DNA of 63,467 nucleotides, filler included. It is 6 parts of 6 records of this genome, joined end to end, with 100 filler letters (N's around TTAATTAATTAA, not from the genome) between each part and the next. Parts side by side here need not be neighbours in the genome. Positions count along the whole stretch, not along the records: positions 16,645 to 34,655 come from SRR31156797_8799; 5 more parts are not named here. One strand, given 5' to 3'. Made by a program: the position numbers and the translations under genes. Position 1 is the first letter of the stretch, and every line of letters begins with the position of its first letter. Shown here in pieces: positions 17,920 to 28,983 of the stretch. The notes under the pieces are model-generated. The model was not told the DNA's origin. It saw only the letters and a program-made list of their open reading frames with translations, and searched no databases.

Positions 17920-19686
17920 CTATTGATACTCCCTGTATATTTCAGCTGCTGCATTCAGTTGGGATTCATCCAAACCGATCAGGGTGATAAATATGACGCA
18001 ATCCGGATCTCCGGATTTAACCGCCTGAATGGTATTTGTCTTCTCTAAAAGGCCGTATCCCTTGGAATACCACCCCAGCAAGGGATTTATCCTGCCCCGG
18101 GCAATGGAAAAAAGGCCTTCGGGGTCATACATAAATAAGCGCTCTCCCCCATTATTCAAAAAAAACCAGTTTTCTTTTTTCTCAATCCTGACCCCTGGGT
18201 GGAGGTGAAAATTCACTTCAAACTCATGACGGCCCTGACCGGAAAAAGAATCCTTTATCACCCAGCAGGTTTTGTCATGAAAAACAAGTTCCCGTTCATG
18301 GGTTACCGGTTCTCTCAACCGGGTATATCCGTCATGGCAGCCGCGTAAAAGAATCCGGCCGGACCATTGCCGGGATTGAGTCAACCGGGATTTAAACGGC
18401 TTATCCCAGATAAATCCTGAAACCTGTTCAGCCTGATCTTTGCCGTCAATGCAGACCGTATTATGGGCACGGGTCCCTTTGAAATAGGATCGATACTCTC
18501 CCGCTCCATTATACCGGTAAGTGCCCGGATCAACGAAAAACGGCCGACCCTTTTTATAATAAACCACAGAAAGGGCATCTGCATGCCCGTGATTATAAAG
18601 GGGGCCCATTCCCAGAGGCCCGTGGTCAAAGGCCAGAAAAACCTCATTCCCCGTCCGGATTACCGAATAACCCGCATGGGGGAAGGTGACAGAATCAAGC
18701 CCCTGTAAACTGTCTGGCCATTCAGGACAGTTGGCCTCCCGATGTGGTACAAGCCCCGGGCCAAGGGCATATCCGCCATCATCATCACCAATGGACGGGA
18801 ACCTGTCTTTATCATAGGTAAAGGCGTTTAAAAATGCCTCACCCCGCCTTAGTCGTTCCTTCCACCCTTCACAATCATACCGGTGGTTGGCTTCCAGAAA
18901 GTCAAGGGTGAACCAATAGAGATCCAGAACAAATCTAAGATAGGCCAGGGATTGTTCGCCGGGTCCGCCGTCTGGCAGAATCTGATGAGAGAGCCCTTCT
19001 TCCAGCAGAATAACCCCTTTACTAAACCATTTATCCCCCTCCCGGGTCTCATTAAACAGGACGCCCGCAAAAATCAGCCCAACAGACTCGCATATGGTAT
19101 GATTCCCAAGGGAAGAATATAGAGCCATATTCCGAGAAACCCACCATGCATGACAAAAAACAGCAGAAAGAAGAGGTGCTGTTTTCTTTTTTTCAAGCTC
19201 CCTGTCCAGCCGCTTAAGGGTGAAAAAAAAAACCGGGATACGCAATGCGCACTCCATGGGAGAAAGATAGTGCACCCCGTGTAAAAATGGATTATCATCA
19301 ATCCAGGTCATCACCCTTGTTCTTATGCCGCCTTCCCCATCCCGGAACCCTTCCTGCAGACGGGCCGGCTCCCATACGGACCGGATATCGGGGTCCATAT
19401 CCTCAATTTTAATTTTTGAAAAAAACAGGGGACGCTTTTTTCTTTCAAATGATAGAAAATCCGATTCATGGGAAGCGGTTTCTTTCCCTGTTTCTGAATG
19501 GATAACCCTCGGCAGGATGATGGCGTCCAGAAAAGAAAGGTCGATTTCCGGCACCTGTACCAGGCCCTTGCCGGCAAAGGCCTTTTTTTCATAATACCAT
19601 GTCCGGGCCAATCGTTTTATACGGTAGGCAAATTCTTTGAAAGAAACCGTCCTTAAACGGTTTATATAATCTTTTGCATGATACAC
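17920..19686 (-). CDS. Heparinase II/III-family protein
   Basis: WEPARLQ, GNH, PDGG-EQS, HGHADALS, DPGTYRY, AHNT, HDGY motifs; GTG start. Confidence 0.88.
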   Translation of the reverse strand: MYHAKDYINRLRTVSFKEFAYRIKRLARTWYYEKKAFAGKGLVQVPEIDLSFLDAIILPRVIHSETGKETASHESDFLSFERKKRPLFFSKIKIEDMDPDIRSVWEPARLQEGFRDGEGGIRTRVMTWIDDNPFLHGVHYLSPMECALRIPVFFFTLKRLDRELEKKKTAPLLSAVFCHAWWVSRNMALYSSLGNHTICESVGLIFAGVLFNETREGDKWFSKGVILLEEGLSHQILPDGGPGEQSLAYLRFVLDLYWFTLDFLEANHRYDCEGWKERLRRGEAFLNAFTYDKDRFPSIGDDDGGYALGPGLVPHREANCPEWPDSLQGLDSVTFPHAGYSVIRTGNEVFLAFDHGPLGMGPLYNHGHADALSVVYYKKGRPFFVDPGTYRYNGAGEYRSYFKGTRAHNTVCIDGKDQAEQVSGFIWDKPFKSRLTQSRQWSGRILLRGCHDGYTRLREPVTHERELVFHDKTCWVIKDSFSGQGRHEFEVNFHLHPGVRIEKKENWFFLNNGGERLFMYDPEGLFSIARGRINPLLGWYSKGYGLLEKTNTIQAVKSGDPDCVIFITLIGLDESQLNAAAEIYREYQ

Positions 19687-19690
19687 AGAT

Positions 19691-21850
19691 TTAAATCAGG
19701 GGCAAGGCCAAGGTGACCGCCCTGTTGTCCCGTAAGGATTCCAAGATACCGAAACTTGCCAAGGATGTAGAGTACAATTGGTCATAGGGAATTAAATTTT
19801 CATCTCCCTTCAATATCCCGTTTAGAAAACTCCTCACCTCTTCTTTCTGCCCCTTGTTCTGGTTCATCAATTTATCTTTCTTTTTATTCCCGCCGGAATA
19901 AACCGTTAAATGCTTAAAATCATCCAGGACGGCCGACACCCCGCTGCCATGGACTTCAACCCTTTCCTTGGCAAGGCTTTTATCACCATTGGAAAAATAC
20001 TGCACAGATCCTATGGACCCGTTCTCATATTTTAAGGATACCGTTACAATATCATTTAATCCATGGGCATCTTCCATGGCATATCCATGTAAACTCACAG
20101 GCAGGGACCCGTTAATAAAGGTCAGAAAATCAATAAAGTGGCAGACCTCCCCTATAATACGCCCCCCCCCTGTTTCCATATCCTGAATCCATGAATCCGG
20201 AGGGATGGAACCGGCGTTAATCCGATAGGTCATGGCCACAGGGGTGCATTGAAAACAATTTTTCAACTTAACGGCCAGGGGAGAAAACCGCCGATTATAA
20301 CCGACCATCAGGTGAGGCCCTCCCCCGCCGGTCTTAACCAGAGCTGCAATCTCAATAAGTTCTTCCGGCGTCAGACAGAGCGGTTTTTCAACAAAAACAT
20401 GTTTTCCTTTTTCTATAGCCTCAATGACATATCCGGCATGGGAATCATGGGGGGTCGCGATGAATACGGTATTTATCTCCCCATTATCCAGGATATCCTC
20501 AAGTTTTTCCGTGCAAAAGCTGAATCTGAACCGTTCTGCAACAGAGCGGGAAGTGGTCCCGCGGCTGGTCATGACACCGTTCAGGGATATGGTATCCTTG
20601 TCCGGTATATTTGGCAGCAGATGGCTCTGGGCATAGGACCCTGCCCCGATAAATCCGATTCCGATTCTGCCGGGCTGCATAGGAGGACCGTCCTTTAAAA
20701 CAAATTTTTCGCGGTTGAATTTCTTTTGACGGTCATACTCGATTAAAATACCGATAAAGGCATCCGAGCCCTCCATAATCATATTATAGGCATCGGGGGC
20801 GTCCTCAAGCTTGAAAAGATGGGTGGTCAGATAAGAGAGGTCAATCCTCCCCTTGAGTATCAATTCCTGGAATGCCGCCATATTTCTCTGCTCTGTCCAC
20901 CTCACATAGGCGGCAGGGTAATCACAGCCTTTATCTTCGTACACCGGATCGTACCGGCCAGGGCCATATGAGCAGGACATTTTCAACTCAAGCTCTTTTT
21001 TATAATAGTGGGGTTCCCTGTCAAATCCTGTGGGGACATCACCCACAATGACCACCCGCCCTCTTTTCCGGGCAATGGCCCCGGCAAAATTAACGGGATC
21101 CAAAGAGGAGGACGCCGCTGTTATGATAACGGCATCACACCCCATCCCGCCTGTTGAATGTAGGATTTTATCCTGGATGCCTTTGGCATTCCTGGAAAGG
21201 GCCAAATCAATGCAGTGGCTGCTGGCGATTTCAACCATTGCCGGGTCAATATCAACCCCGACAACCTTAACCCCGGAAGCTTTGAGCAATAGTGCTGTCA
21301 ATTGTCCCAGAAGTCCCAGTCCGATGACGGCACATGTTTCACCAAGCCGCAAATCCGCCTGCCGGACCCCCTGCATGGCAATGGCCCCCAGGGTATTATA
21401 CGCCGCCTGCTTCATATCCGTATCCGGGCTTAATTTCACACAGAGGTTTACCGGGACACTGACAATTTCGGCATGTGAGGCTGTCAGGCCGCCGCAGGCA
21501 ACCTTGTCCCCCACCACATACCCACCAACATTTTCACCAATCTTTATCACCTCGCCGACACAGGAATACCCCAAAGGGGAATGGGCATCCAATTTTTTCA
21601 TGACAGCGCGGTAGGTCTGGACCGGCCCCTGGGTTTTTAATGTATCAATGACCTGTCTTACCTGCTGGGGACGTTCCTTGGCCTTGCCGACAAAGCCTTT
21701 TCTTGCTGTTCTTACGGTGCTGCCTTCAGTACCGGCGCTGACCAGTGAATAATAATTTTTCACCAGAAGGCAGCCTGGCTTTAAACCTGGCGCCGGCACA
21801 TCTAAAATAGTCATTTTACCGTTTTTTAATTTTTGGGTAAGCTGCTGCAC
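19691..21850 (-). CDS. Bi-domain oxidoreductase (Zn-ADH-like plus Gfo/Idh/MocA)
   Basis: SAGTE, GLGLLG, SYGPGRYD, GAGSYA, FVEKPL, GYNRRF, GEVCHFID motifs. Confidence 0.92.
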   Translation of the reverse strand: MQQLTQKLKNGKMTILDVPAPGLKPGCLLVKNYYSLVSAGTEGSTVRTARKGFVGKAKERPQQVRQVIDTLKTQGPVQTYRAVMKKLDAHSPLGYSCVGEVIKIGENVGGYVVGDKVACGGLTASHAEIVSVPVNLCVKLSPDTDMKQAAYNTLGAIAMQGVRQADLRLGETCAVIGLGLLGQLTALLLKASGVKVVGVDIDPAMVEIASSHCIDLALSRNAKGIQDKILHSTGGMGCDAVIITAASSSLDPVNFAGAIARKRGRVVIVGDVPTGFDREPHYYKKELELKMSCSYGPGRYDPVYEDKGCDYPAAYVRWTEQRNMAAFQELILKGRIDLSYLTTHLFKLEDAPDAYNMIMEGSDAFIGILIEYDRQKKFNREKFVLKDGPPMQPGRIGIGFIGAGSYAQSHLLPNIPDKDTISLNGVMTSRGTTSRSVAERFRFSFCTEKLEDILDNGEINTVFIATPHDSHAGYVIEAIEKGKHVFVEKPLCLTPEELIEIAALVKTGGGGPHLMVGYNRRFSPLAVKLKNCFQCTPVAMTYRINAGSIPPDSWIQDMETGGGRIIGEVCHFIDFLTFINGSLPVSLHGYAMEDAHGLNDIVTVSLKYENGSIGSVQYFSNGDKSLAKERVEVHGSGVSAVLDDFKHLTVYSGGNKKKDKLMNQNKGQKEEVRSFLNGILKGDENLIPYDQLYSTSLASFGILESLRDNRAVTLALPLI

Positions 21851-21903
21851 GGGGTTTTAGCTCCTTGAATAATGGACCGCATCCGGGGGGAATCCCTCCG
21901 TCA

Positions 21904-23061
21904 TCAGTTCAGAATATGTTCAATATATCTTTGGTATAATTCTTCTTTGGAAAAAGAAGATTTTGACATTTTAAGGGCCTTGGCAGATTCACAAATGGCC
22001 TCTTTTTCCAAGGCCGTGAAAAAAGAACGGAGCACATCCGCATCAAAGGGTTTTTCCCACCCGAACCCGTTCTGGACAACAAAGGCGGATGCATCATTTT
22101 CACCCAGCACCAGTATGGGCAGGCAGGCGGCAATATAATCAAACAATTTATTGGGCATTGAGGGCCCCCGCATGGGCAATACACCGATATGCTTTGACTT
22201 TAACTCCTCGACCACGGCTTCATAGGAGATGTATCCGGTAAACCGTATATTCTTCATTCCAATTTCCCGGGCCCTGTTTTTGATCCGGATCAGGTTTTCC
22301 CCATCCCCTATAATCGTCAAATGATACCCATCCAGGTTGTTCAGGGCCGACATTATTTCGTCAAGGGAAATAACGTATTGCAATTGCCCAACATAGACAA
22401 CCTGGATGATATCCTCGGCCAGATTCCTGTCAACTCCATCCATGGCCTTCCACCTGTCCCGGTCGTAACCCAGGGGAATAAACCGGGAGGCTTTGCCCGG
22501 CCGGTAATGATTCAGCCAGCCCTGGAATGAGGGGGCGACATGGATGAACTTATCGATCCCGGCCATTGCCGGGTATTGAAAAAAATGGCAATACCATTTA
22601 AAAACCAGATTCTTTATCCGGCTTCCCGTTTTAAGGCTGTCCGGCCAGATATCCCTGATATCCAGAACCGCACTGCATTTTTTCAGCCTTTTCACCATTG
22701 AAACGGCAAAAATCAGTTCAGGGGGCCTGGACGGCAGAATAAGGATATCTTTCGCCTTGACCCTGCCAATCAGATAAAAAAAATACTTGACGGCCAGGAT
22801 CTGATGCACCACCACTCTTTTTACGGAAATATTATTATCATACCCCGGTATCCGGACAAGGGTGAGCCGGTAGCCCAGGCTCCTTTGATAATGGTCCACC
22901 TCCTTCTGATCAAAATGGGTCTTCCGTGCATGGCTGAAATCTGTGGTCAAGTATTCCACCTCATGGCCGGCCCCGGCCAGGAGATCCGCAAGTACCGGGT
23001 GTCGGGTGCCGCGCTTGGCCATCCTGTTCTCAAAAGGGGAAAGAATATATATTTTACCCAA
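21904..23061 (-). CDS. Glycosyltransferase family 4
   Basis: DIRDIWPD, IIGDG, MPNKLFDYIAACLP. Confidence 0.88.
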   Translation of the reverse strand: MGKIYILSPFENRMAKRGTRHPVLADLLAGAGHEVEYLTTDFSHARKTHFDQKEVDHYQRSLGYRLTLVRIPGYDNNISVKRVVVHQILAVKYFFYLIGRVKAKDILILPSRPPELIFAVSMVKRLKKCSAVLDIRDIWPDSLKTGSRIKNLVFKWYCHFFQYPAMAGIDKFIHVAPSFQGWLNHYRPGKASRFIPLGYDRDRWKAMDGVDRNLAEDIIQVVYVGQLQYVISLDEIMSALNNLDGYHLTIIGDGENLIRIKNRAREIGMKNIRFTGYISYEAVVEELKSKHIGVLPMRGPSMPNKLFDYIAACLPILVLGENDASAFVVQNGFGWEKPFDADVLRSFFTALEKEAICESAKALKMSKSSFSKEELYQRYIEHILN

Positions 23062-23073
23062 TTTTATTAACCT

Positions 23074-24198
23074 TTATTCCTCATTATCGTCAAGGGCCAG
23101 ATACATGGTCCTGAACTGGCTTACAATTTTTTCAGATTCAAAATTCTCAAAGGCATATGCCCTGCTGTCCATTCCCAACTGCTGGAACCCGGCGATATTT
23201 TCAATGGCCGCCCCCATCTTTTCTGCAAGATCTGATGCATCCTGCCGGCGGACGAAAAGGCCGTTTGTATCTTCTTTTACCACCTCTTTTAACGCGCCGA
23301 CATCCGTGCAGATGACAAACAGACCTGAGGCCATGGCCTCAAGCACAGAGTTGGGACAGCCCTCGGCCCAGGAAGGCAGAAGAAACACATCGGCATCGGC
23401 ATATGCCTCATATTTTTCTTTACCGTCAACAAATCCTTTAAAAAAAGTGATATCCTCTATTCCGGACAATCTCACAGAATGCTTCAGCCGTTCCATCACC
23501 CCGGTATCCTTGGCAAAACCGACAAACCTGAGGTTGAAATCAAATCCCTTTTGCTTTAAACGGGCTGCCGCTTTTACAATTTCAAACACCCCCTTTGGCT
23601 CTGAAATACGGCTGAGAAATAAAAAACAGGGAATATCACCCTTGTCATCCTTAAGGGGACGAACCAGGCTGCCGTCAAAAGCCGTCCGTGAGACCTGGAT
23701 GCAATTTTCCGCCACTCCCCATCCCCGGAGAACCGTTTTAAACCTCTCCGCCAGAACCACAACCCTGTCTGCCCGGCCGCAGATCCACATCAGGCATTTC
23801 CTTAACCAGGTTTTTTTATGGACATTTTCCACGAACCCTTCATCCCAGCCCCGGATAAAAAGAATGGTTTTTCGTCCCATAAGATTTGCCACCAGAAGGA
23901 GGAGCCCGTCTCGGACAAGGGGCACAGGGATCATGGACGGATTGAACTGGACAATGCGTATGGTTCTGTCAGCAGCCAGTACACCGAAAAAACCTGCCAG
24001 ATCCGCCAGGTATTGCCTAATATACTTCAGCCTGGATTTTCTTTGATAATATTCATGGGCACGCCGCCCCACAATAAAAGACTGGACTTGCCAGGAATCT
24101 GACTTAAACGCCCTAAAAAACAAGCGGTAATAATTGGCAACCCCTCCCCTGCTCTTGAGATCTTTGGTCACAATCAAGGTCTTTTTCACAATGGACAT
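23074..24198 (-). CDS. Glycosyltransferase family 4
   Basis: ADVFLLPSWAEGCPNSVLEAMASG, TDVGA. Confidence 0.92.
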   Translation of the reverse strand: MSIVKKTLIVTKDLKSRGGVANYYRLFFRAFKSDSWQVQSFIVGRRAHEYYQRKSRLKYIRQYLADLAGFFGVLAADRTIRIVQFNPSMIPVPLVRDGLLLLVANLMGRKTILFIRGWDEGFVENVHKKTWLRKCLMWICGRADRVVVLAERFKTVLRGWGVAENCIQVSRTAFDGSLVRPLKDDKGDIPCFLFLSRISEPKGVFEIVKAAARLKQKGFDFNLRFVGFAKDTGVMERLKHSVRLSGIEDITFFKGFVDGKEKYEAYADADVFLLPSWAEGCPNSVLEAMASGLFVICTDVGALKEVVKEDTNGLFVRRQDASDLAEKMGAAIENIAGFQQLGMDSRAYAFENFESEKIVSQFRTMYLALDDNEE

Positions 24199-24201
24199 CC
24201 T

Positions 24202-25518
24202 CTATTTTGCAAACCGGGCCTGCCGGCATAAACAGGTTGCCAGCATATAATTAAACACAAAGGGCATGGTGTCCCCGATAAAAATGGATTTGCTGTACCA
24301 TGACCAGATAATGAGATAGACAAAGGCAAAAACAATGGCTCCGAATCCCATGGCTTTTTCATAGGGATCAACCGCTCTTTTCCATGTTTTCAGCACCGAT
24401 CTGAACATGGCAAGGATAAAGAGGCAATAGATGAACACCCCGAAGAACCCATACTCCATGGCTGTAAAATTCAAAGGGGTCACCCCGTAGTAAAATTTCA
24501 TATCTCTGAATAATTGGCCTCTCTTAATATTTGTCCCTGTCATTTTCCGGGATTCCGAAAACCGGCTGCTGACATAAGCACCCGGGCCGTAGCCAAACAT
24601 CATTTTGTCCAGTCCCTTTTTCGGCAGGGTGGTAAAGACCCGGACCGTGGTCGCAGTCCGCCCACCGGTATATTCAGGATTTTCCACATTTGTGGTCTGC
24701 TCATAGGTGATCAGCTTATTGATAATAAACCCGAAATCAATTGAACCGCCTTTTTCATGCTCTGGGGTCAGGCTCTGCATGGTCTTAACACTGACAATAA
24801 AGGTAAGGGAAATGAGAAGGATCGAAATCAGGGCCAGCTTCTTCCCCAGGTCCGGAATATTCCGTTTTATATAAAATCTATCTTTTAAGGCCAATATCCC
24901 GATGAATATAAAGGTGGGCGGGATAAGAAAGGGCAGGGCCCGCTTATGACCCATAATCCCCATTCCTATGAATGCCATGATCAAAAAAAGAAATTTCCTG
25001 GATGGTTTCACATAGAGATAAAAGCCCATAAGGTATCCGGTGGTGATCAGGGGAATGAAGGCTACGGCAGACCCGTCTGACAGGGAGTATGTCCCGGTGG
25101 CCTGTTCCCCCTGCCCGTAAATCAGCATCTTGATAAAAATAACGGGAATCTGAACCAGAAAACAGAAGAACATGAATTTTTCAAGCCGCCTCAGTTCCCC
25201 CTCACGAAACCCCATATTCACCATGGCCAGGAAAAAAATATAATACCGGAACACCAGCCGCATTCCAAAGAGGGTTCCCAGGCCTAAGGTGCCGTTTACA
25301 ACTGCCGAACAGAGGCCGACCAGCCCAAGCATGCCGAAAAAATACAAATAGGGCAGCCGGAACCGGGTCTTGGCATTTACCATGGAAAACAAAAAAAACA
25401 GATAAATAAAAGGCTCTGTCAACCAGTTTACCAGGGGCGGGAGAAGGCCGTAGCCTTCAAGGGAATTACCGAAAAAAACGATAAAGGTAAGGCAGTAAAC
25501 AAAAAAACGATTAATCAT
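24202..25518 (-). CDS. Polytopic membrane protein, probable Wzy polymerase/O-antigen-ligase family
   Basis: About 10 TM segments, large loop with FGYGPG and EYGFFG; located in a Wzx-containing locus. Confidence 0.7.
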   Translation of the reverse strand: MINRFFVYCLTFIVFFGNSLEGYGLLPPLVNWLTEPFIYLFFLFSMVNAKTRFRLPYLYFFGMLGLVGLCSAVVNGTLGLGTLFGMRLVFRYYIFFLAMVNMGFREGELRRLEKFMFFCFLVQIPVIFIKMLIYGQGEQATGTYSLSDGSAVAFIPLITTGYLMGFYLYVKPSRKFLFLIMAFIGMGIMGHKRALPFLIPPTFIFIGILALKDRFYIKRNIPDLGKKLALISILLISLTFIVSVKTMQSLTPEHEKGGSIDFGFIINKLITYEQTTNVENPEYTGGRTATTVRVFTTLPKKGLDKMMFGYGPGAYVSSRFSESRKMTGTNIKRGQLFRDMKFYYGVTPLNFTAMEYGFFGVFIYCLFILAMFRSVLKTWKRAVDPYEKAMGFGAIVFAFVYLIIWSWYSKSIFIGDTMPFVFNYMLATCLCRQARFAK

Positions 25519-25548
25519 AAACTATCTCTCATCCGGGTTGAATATGCC

Positions 25549-26850
25549 TTATTGAGGTGCATCTTTTTCGTACCTAAAGGGGACATCACTGCATTGGCTG
25601 CCTGGACAGATTTTATTTTTGGACATGACCACCCCCGTGATATTCTTGTTGGTTTTAATGGGTAAGCCATCTCGGCTGATGAGAGTATTCCCTGATATTT
25701 CCCCCCCCGAAGCATCAAACACATAGAGACAATGCCCTTGGGTCTCAATTCTGTTTTCAGTGATTAAAACCGGTTTTCCATAGGCATAGACAGAGATACC
25801 GGCGGATGTGCCGCCCTTTTTTATATCATTGTCCCGGATTGATGCTTCTCCGTTTATGAGCATTCCCCTGCCCTGTTTTTCACTGATAATGAGATTGCCG
25901 CTAATTTGATTGCCCTTTGTGTCCTCTCCGCCTTTAACCGTTATGTCTGCCCCGCCCGGTCCGGAACCGCAATTCTCAACCCGGTTCCCCCTTATGGTTG
26001 AATAACTTCCTTTTAAATAGATGGCTTCATGGTCCCGGCCGGGGTTCAGATTTCGAATTTCATTCTCCGCTATTAAAACTCTTTTCCCATATGCCAATAT
26101 TCCGTGGGTTTCCCTTGCCTGACTGCCCGTCGGCCCTGAAATCGAATCAAGATGATTCCCCTGTATTGCCACGTCCGATGTAAACGCTTTATTGGCATTG
26201 CTGCCGACGACAATGGCGCTGCACCCGCCCTGGGAAGAGCTTAAGTTTTCAAACCGGTTGTTCACAATATTAATATCTGAGACCTTCCCATGGGATAAAC
26301 AGAGGGAGCAGACCTCCGTCCCGCTAATATCTACAAAATAGGAATCTATTATCTTTACCCCGGATATGCGCCCCTTACTTGAAGAAGATGTATATAAAAC
26401 GTATTGAACGTTGTCGAATCTGCACTCCTGAATGGATAACTTATCTATCCCCTGTTCCGGCGACAATTTAATATAAAAGAGCAGCCGGGAATTTTTAAAT
26501 TGGAGGCCTCTTACACCCAAAGAGGTAAATATGGATAATTTCCCGGCATTTTCAAGGAGGGTTGTATCCTGTCCATCCCCTATTATGGTGGCCCCATCCA
26601 GGTTCCCTGAATAGCCCGAAAGAGAATACCTTCCGGCTTTAACCATTAAGATATCCCCCGGCACCATAATTTTTAGCCCTTTCTGGACGGTCTTAAACGG
26701 ATGAAGACGGTCTCCGGAGTGGTGATCGCCGGCAGCCGGATCATTTTGATCCACATAATAGGTGGCAGCCCCTGGACCCGAGAACGGAAACAGGCAGGCA
26801 ATAAAAAGGATTAAAATCACGTAAAAATTAAGTTTATGATTCACCCACAT
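25549..26850 (-). CDS. Secreted right-handed beta-helix (pectin lyase-fold) protein
   Basis: Signal peptide, ATYYVD...PFKTVQ...PGD N-cap and repeated IxxNxI strands. Confidence 0.8.
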   Translation of the reverse strand: MWVNHKLNFYVILILFIACLFPFSGPGAATYYVDQNDPAAGDHHSGDRLHPFKTVQKGLKIMVPGDILMVKAGRYSLSGYSGNLDGATIIGDGQDTTLLENAGKLSIFTSLGVRGLQFKNSRLLFYIKLSPEQGIDKLSIQECRFDNVQYVLYTSSSSKGRISGVKIIDSYFVDISGTEVCSLCLSHGKVSDINIVNNRFENLSSSQGGCSAIVVGSNANKAFTSDVAIQGNHLDSISGPTGSQARETHGILAYGKRVLIAENEIRNLNPGRDHEAIYLKGSYSTIRGNRVENCGSGPGGADITVKGGEDTKGNQISGNLIISEKQGRGMLINGEASIRDNDIKKGGTSAGISVYAYGKPVLITENRIETQGHCLYVFDASGGEISGNTLISRDGLPIKTNKNITGVVMSKNKICPGSQCSDVPFRYEKDAPQ

Positions 26851-26860
26851 GATTTGGCCT

Positions 26861-28018
26861 TCAAATAAGACCTTTCCCCTTAAGATAAGACAGAATCTCC
26901 CCGGCCCTGTGCCGCCAGGAGTAATGATCAAAGGCAAGTTTCCGGGCGGCCTGGGCCAATTCGTTATCCCGGGGCATATGGATGGCCCTTCCCAACTCTG
27001 CTCTCAGGTCATCAAAGGAATCCGGATCAGCCAGCAATGCATTCCGACCATGGGTCAACACCTCTCTTATTGTGGGAAAGCCATGACCGACAATGGTCCT
27101 GCCGGCAGCCATATATTCAAACACCTTCAATGGAGAACAATAATCCATTGTCCTCACTTTTTTGCTCCAGACCATTAAAAGGACGTCGGCAGCAAAGAGA
27201 TATTCTTTTACCCTTGCATGGTTTACCCGCCCGGGGAAAACTATATTATCAATTCCCTGATCTTCGGCCTGACGTACAAAATACGCGGCATTGGCATCAG
27301 GCCCTCCTACAAGGACAAAAAAAGCCTCGGACTCTTTCCGGGCCAGTTCAAGAATATTTTCAATTTCCCGGTCAGGATAAAAACTCCCGGTATAGGCCAC
27401 GATCTTCCGTTCAAGGGGAAGGCCCAGCCGTTTTCGGAGCAATGAGACATCAGATGGCCTTTTATAATTTTCCACATCCACACCGTCATGGAGGGCCAGG
27501 ACTTTATCTTTGGGCACCCCGGCTTGGATCCAGAAATCCGCCAGATTGCGACTGATGGCGGTGAAACCGAAAAAACTATCAGACCGGGCGTTGTTCAATA
27601 ATTGACGGCTGAATATCCGGTTGAGCCTGCCGAGATCATGGAGGGCAGAGTTATGGGCTTCATACATGACAGGGACACCACAACTTAAGGCCGCATTCAC
27701 ATATGTCGGATTTCGGGTCATGCAAATATCAGCTCCCACCCGTTTCAATAGGCGTAGAGCCCCTAAATATCCTCCTATCATTGTAAATCTGCCGCCAATG
27801 GTGAATTTTCGGTAGGGGAGGATATGAAAATTGATGGGCTGTTCTATCTGTGCACCGGCATGCTCAGCCAGCTCTTGGGGCGAGCTTCCTTTGGGTGCCG
27901 GAACCGCCAAAACGACATCCTGGCCCAACAGGGAAAATGCACGACACATGTGCAGGACCTGAATCACATTGGCTTTACCCGAATCCAGCCTGTGGTCATG
28001 TAAAAAAAGTAATTTCAT
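26861..28018 (-). CDS. Glycosyltransferase family 4
   Basis: ANVIQV, SPLKVFEYMAAG. Confidence 0.9.
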   Translation of the reverse strand: MKLLFLHDHRLDSGKANVIQVLHMCRAFSLLGQDVVLAVPAPKGSSPQELAEHAGAQIEQPINFHILPYRKFTIGGRFTMIGGYLGALRLLKRVGADICMTRNPTYVNAALSCGVPVMYEAHNSALHDLGRLNRIFSRQLLNNARSDSFFGFTAISRNLADFWIQAGVPKDKVLALHDGVDVENYKRPSDVSLLRKRLGLPLERKIVAYTGSFYPDREIENILELARKESEAFFVLVGGPDANAAYFVRQAEDQGIDNIVFPGRVNHARVKEYLFAADVLLMVWSKKVRTMDYCSPLKVFEYMAAGRTIVGHGFPTIREVLTHGRNALLADPDSFDDLRAELGRAIHMPRDNELAQAARKLAFDHYSWRHRAGEILSYLKGKGLI

Positions 28019-28032
28019 TCCCGTGGGGTACC

Positions 28033-28983
28033 TTAAGACCTCAGCCTGTTCATATGCCTGCGCAGCCTATAGGCCAGGGGCATGTTTGCCAACTGCCGGA
28101 TCAACAATTCCAGCCGGCCCAATCTGATCCCCTGAAAAGGAGCTGAGGCCGGCGATAGTCCTGAACCGGTTTTGGGTCCCGGCTCAGCCAGTTCCAATAC
28201 CCTGAGGATGGATTCAATCCGGGCTTTATTACTTTCATACTCTGTCATACCGGATTCATCCGGCCCCGTATAATGAATGGTGCGGTGTGCCCGGCGCAAT
28301 TGATCAGGCGCACTATTGGTACGGTTTTCCAAATGGGCCTGGTCTTCTTGATATCGGTCATCATCGACCCTGCGGGTATGAATTTTCGCAGACGTGTTTC
28401 CAAATAGTGTATGGTGCTTTTTTTCCCAATAATATTTTTTATCATCAAAATAGGAGATGCCCAGGTGGCGGCAAACCCACCGAAGGGCTGTAGGGTCTGT
28501 CACAAGGGATTTGTAAGGGCAGGCCGTAATTTCCGGAACAAGACTCATATACAGCCGATGGTAATTGACCCACTTTCTGGCCCAAGACCTCTCATGCCCC
28601 CTTTTTTTACAGGAAGCGGCCATTTCTGAAGGGGACTTCCATATCAGAATATGTTTCACCGACACCCCCGCTTTCATCAGACGGAAGGCCTGACCTTGGA
28701 TCCAAAACGGATTTTTGCTTGAATCAACGATATAATTAATGTCTGGAAATAAATCAAAAATTGATTCGTAGGCATAAGCCTCTCCATTTTCTTTAACCTT
28801 GGTCCACACCGTGCAATCAGAATTCCCGCATCCGCACTCTGGAGATTGGTGATGTTTTCGGACAGGCCGGAAAAGTGCATGAAGCTCGCCGCATGAAAAT
28901 CCCCGGGGATCGTTGGCCAGGATCATATCAAACAGTGTCGAGCCGCTGTAGGAGGTTCCGCCGATGAAAATAACGGATTTCAC
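28033..28983 (-). CDS. Sulfotransferase-family protein
   Basis: PAPS-binding loop GGTSYSGSTL, GEL, CGCG...C, VDSSK; GTG start in a GTGA overlap with the upstream stop. Confidence 0.8.
   Translation of the reverse strand: MKSVIFIGGTSYSGSTLFDMILANDPRGFSCGELHALFRPVRKHHQSPECGCGNSDCTVWTKVKENGEAYAYESIFDLFPDINYIVDSSKNPFWIQGQAFRLMKAGVSVKHILIWKSPSEMAASCKKRGHERSWARKWVNYHRLYMSLVPEITACPYKSLVTDPTALRWVCRHLGISYFDDKKYYWEKKHHTLFGNTSAKIHTRRVDDDRYQEDQAHLENRTNSAPDQLRRAHRTIHYTGPDESGMTEYESNKARIESILRVLELAEPGPKTGSGLSPASAPFQGIRLGRLELLIRQLANMPLAYRLRRHMNRLRS

Noticed and set aside
22943-24046. 367-aa plus-strand ORF and other long antisense ORFs (7892-8566, 12725-13333, 14012-14659, 21030-21614)
   Set aside because: Overlap well-supported genes on the opposite strand and show no recognisable motifs or RBS.
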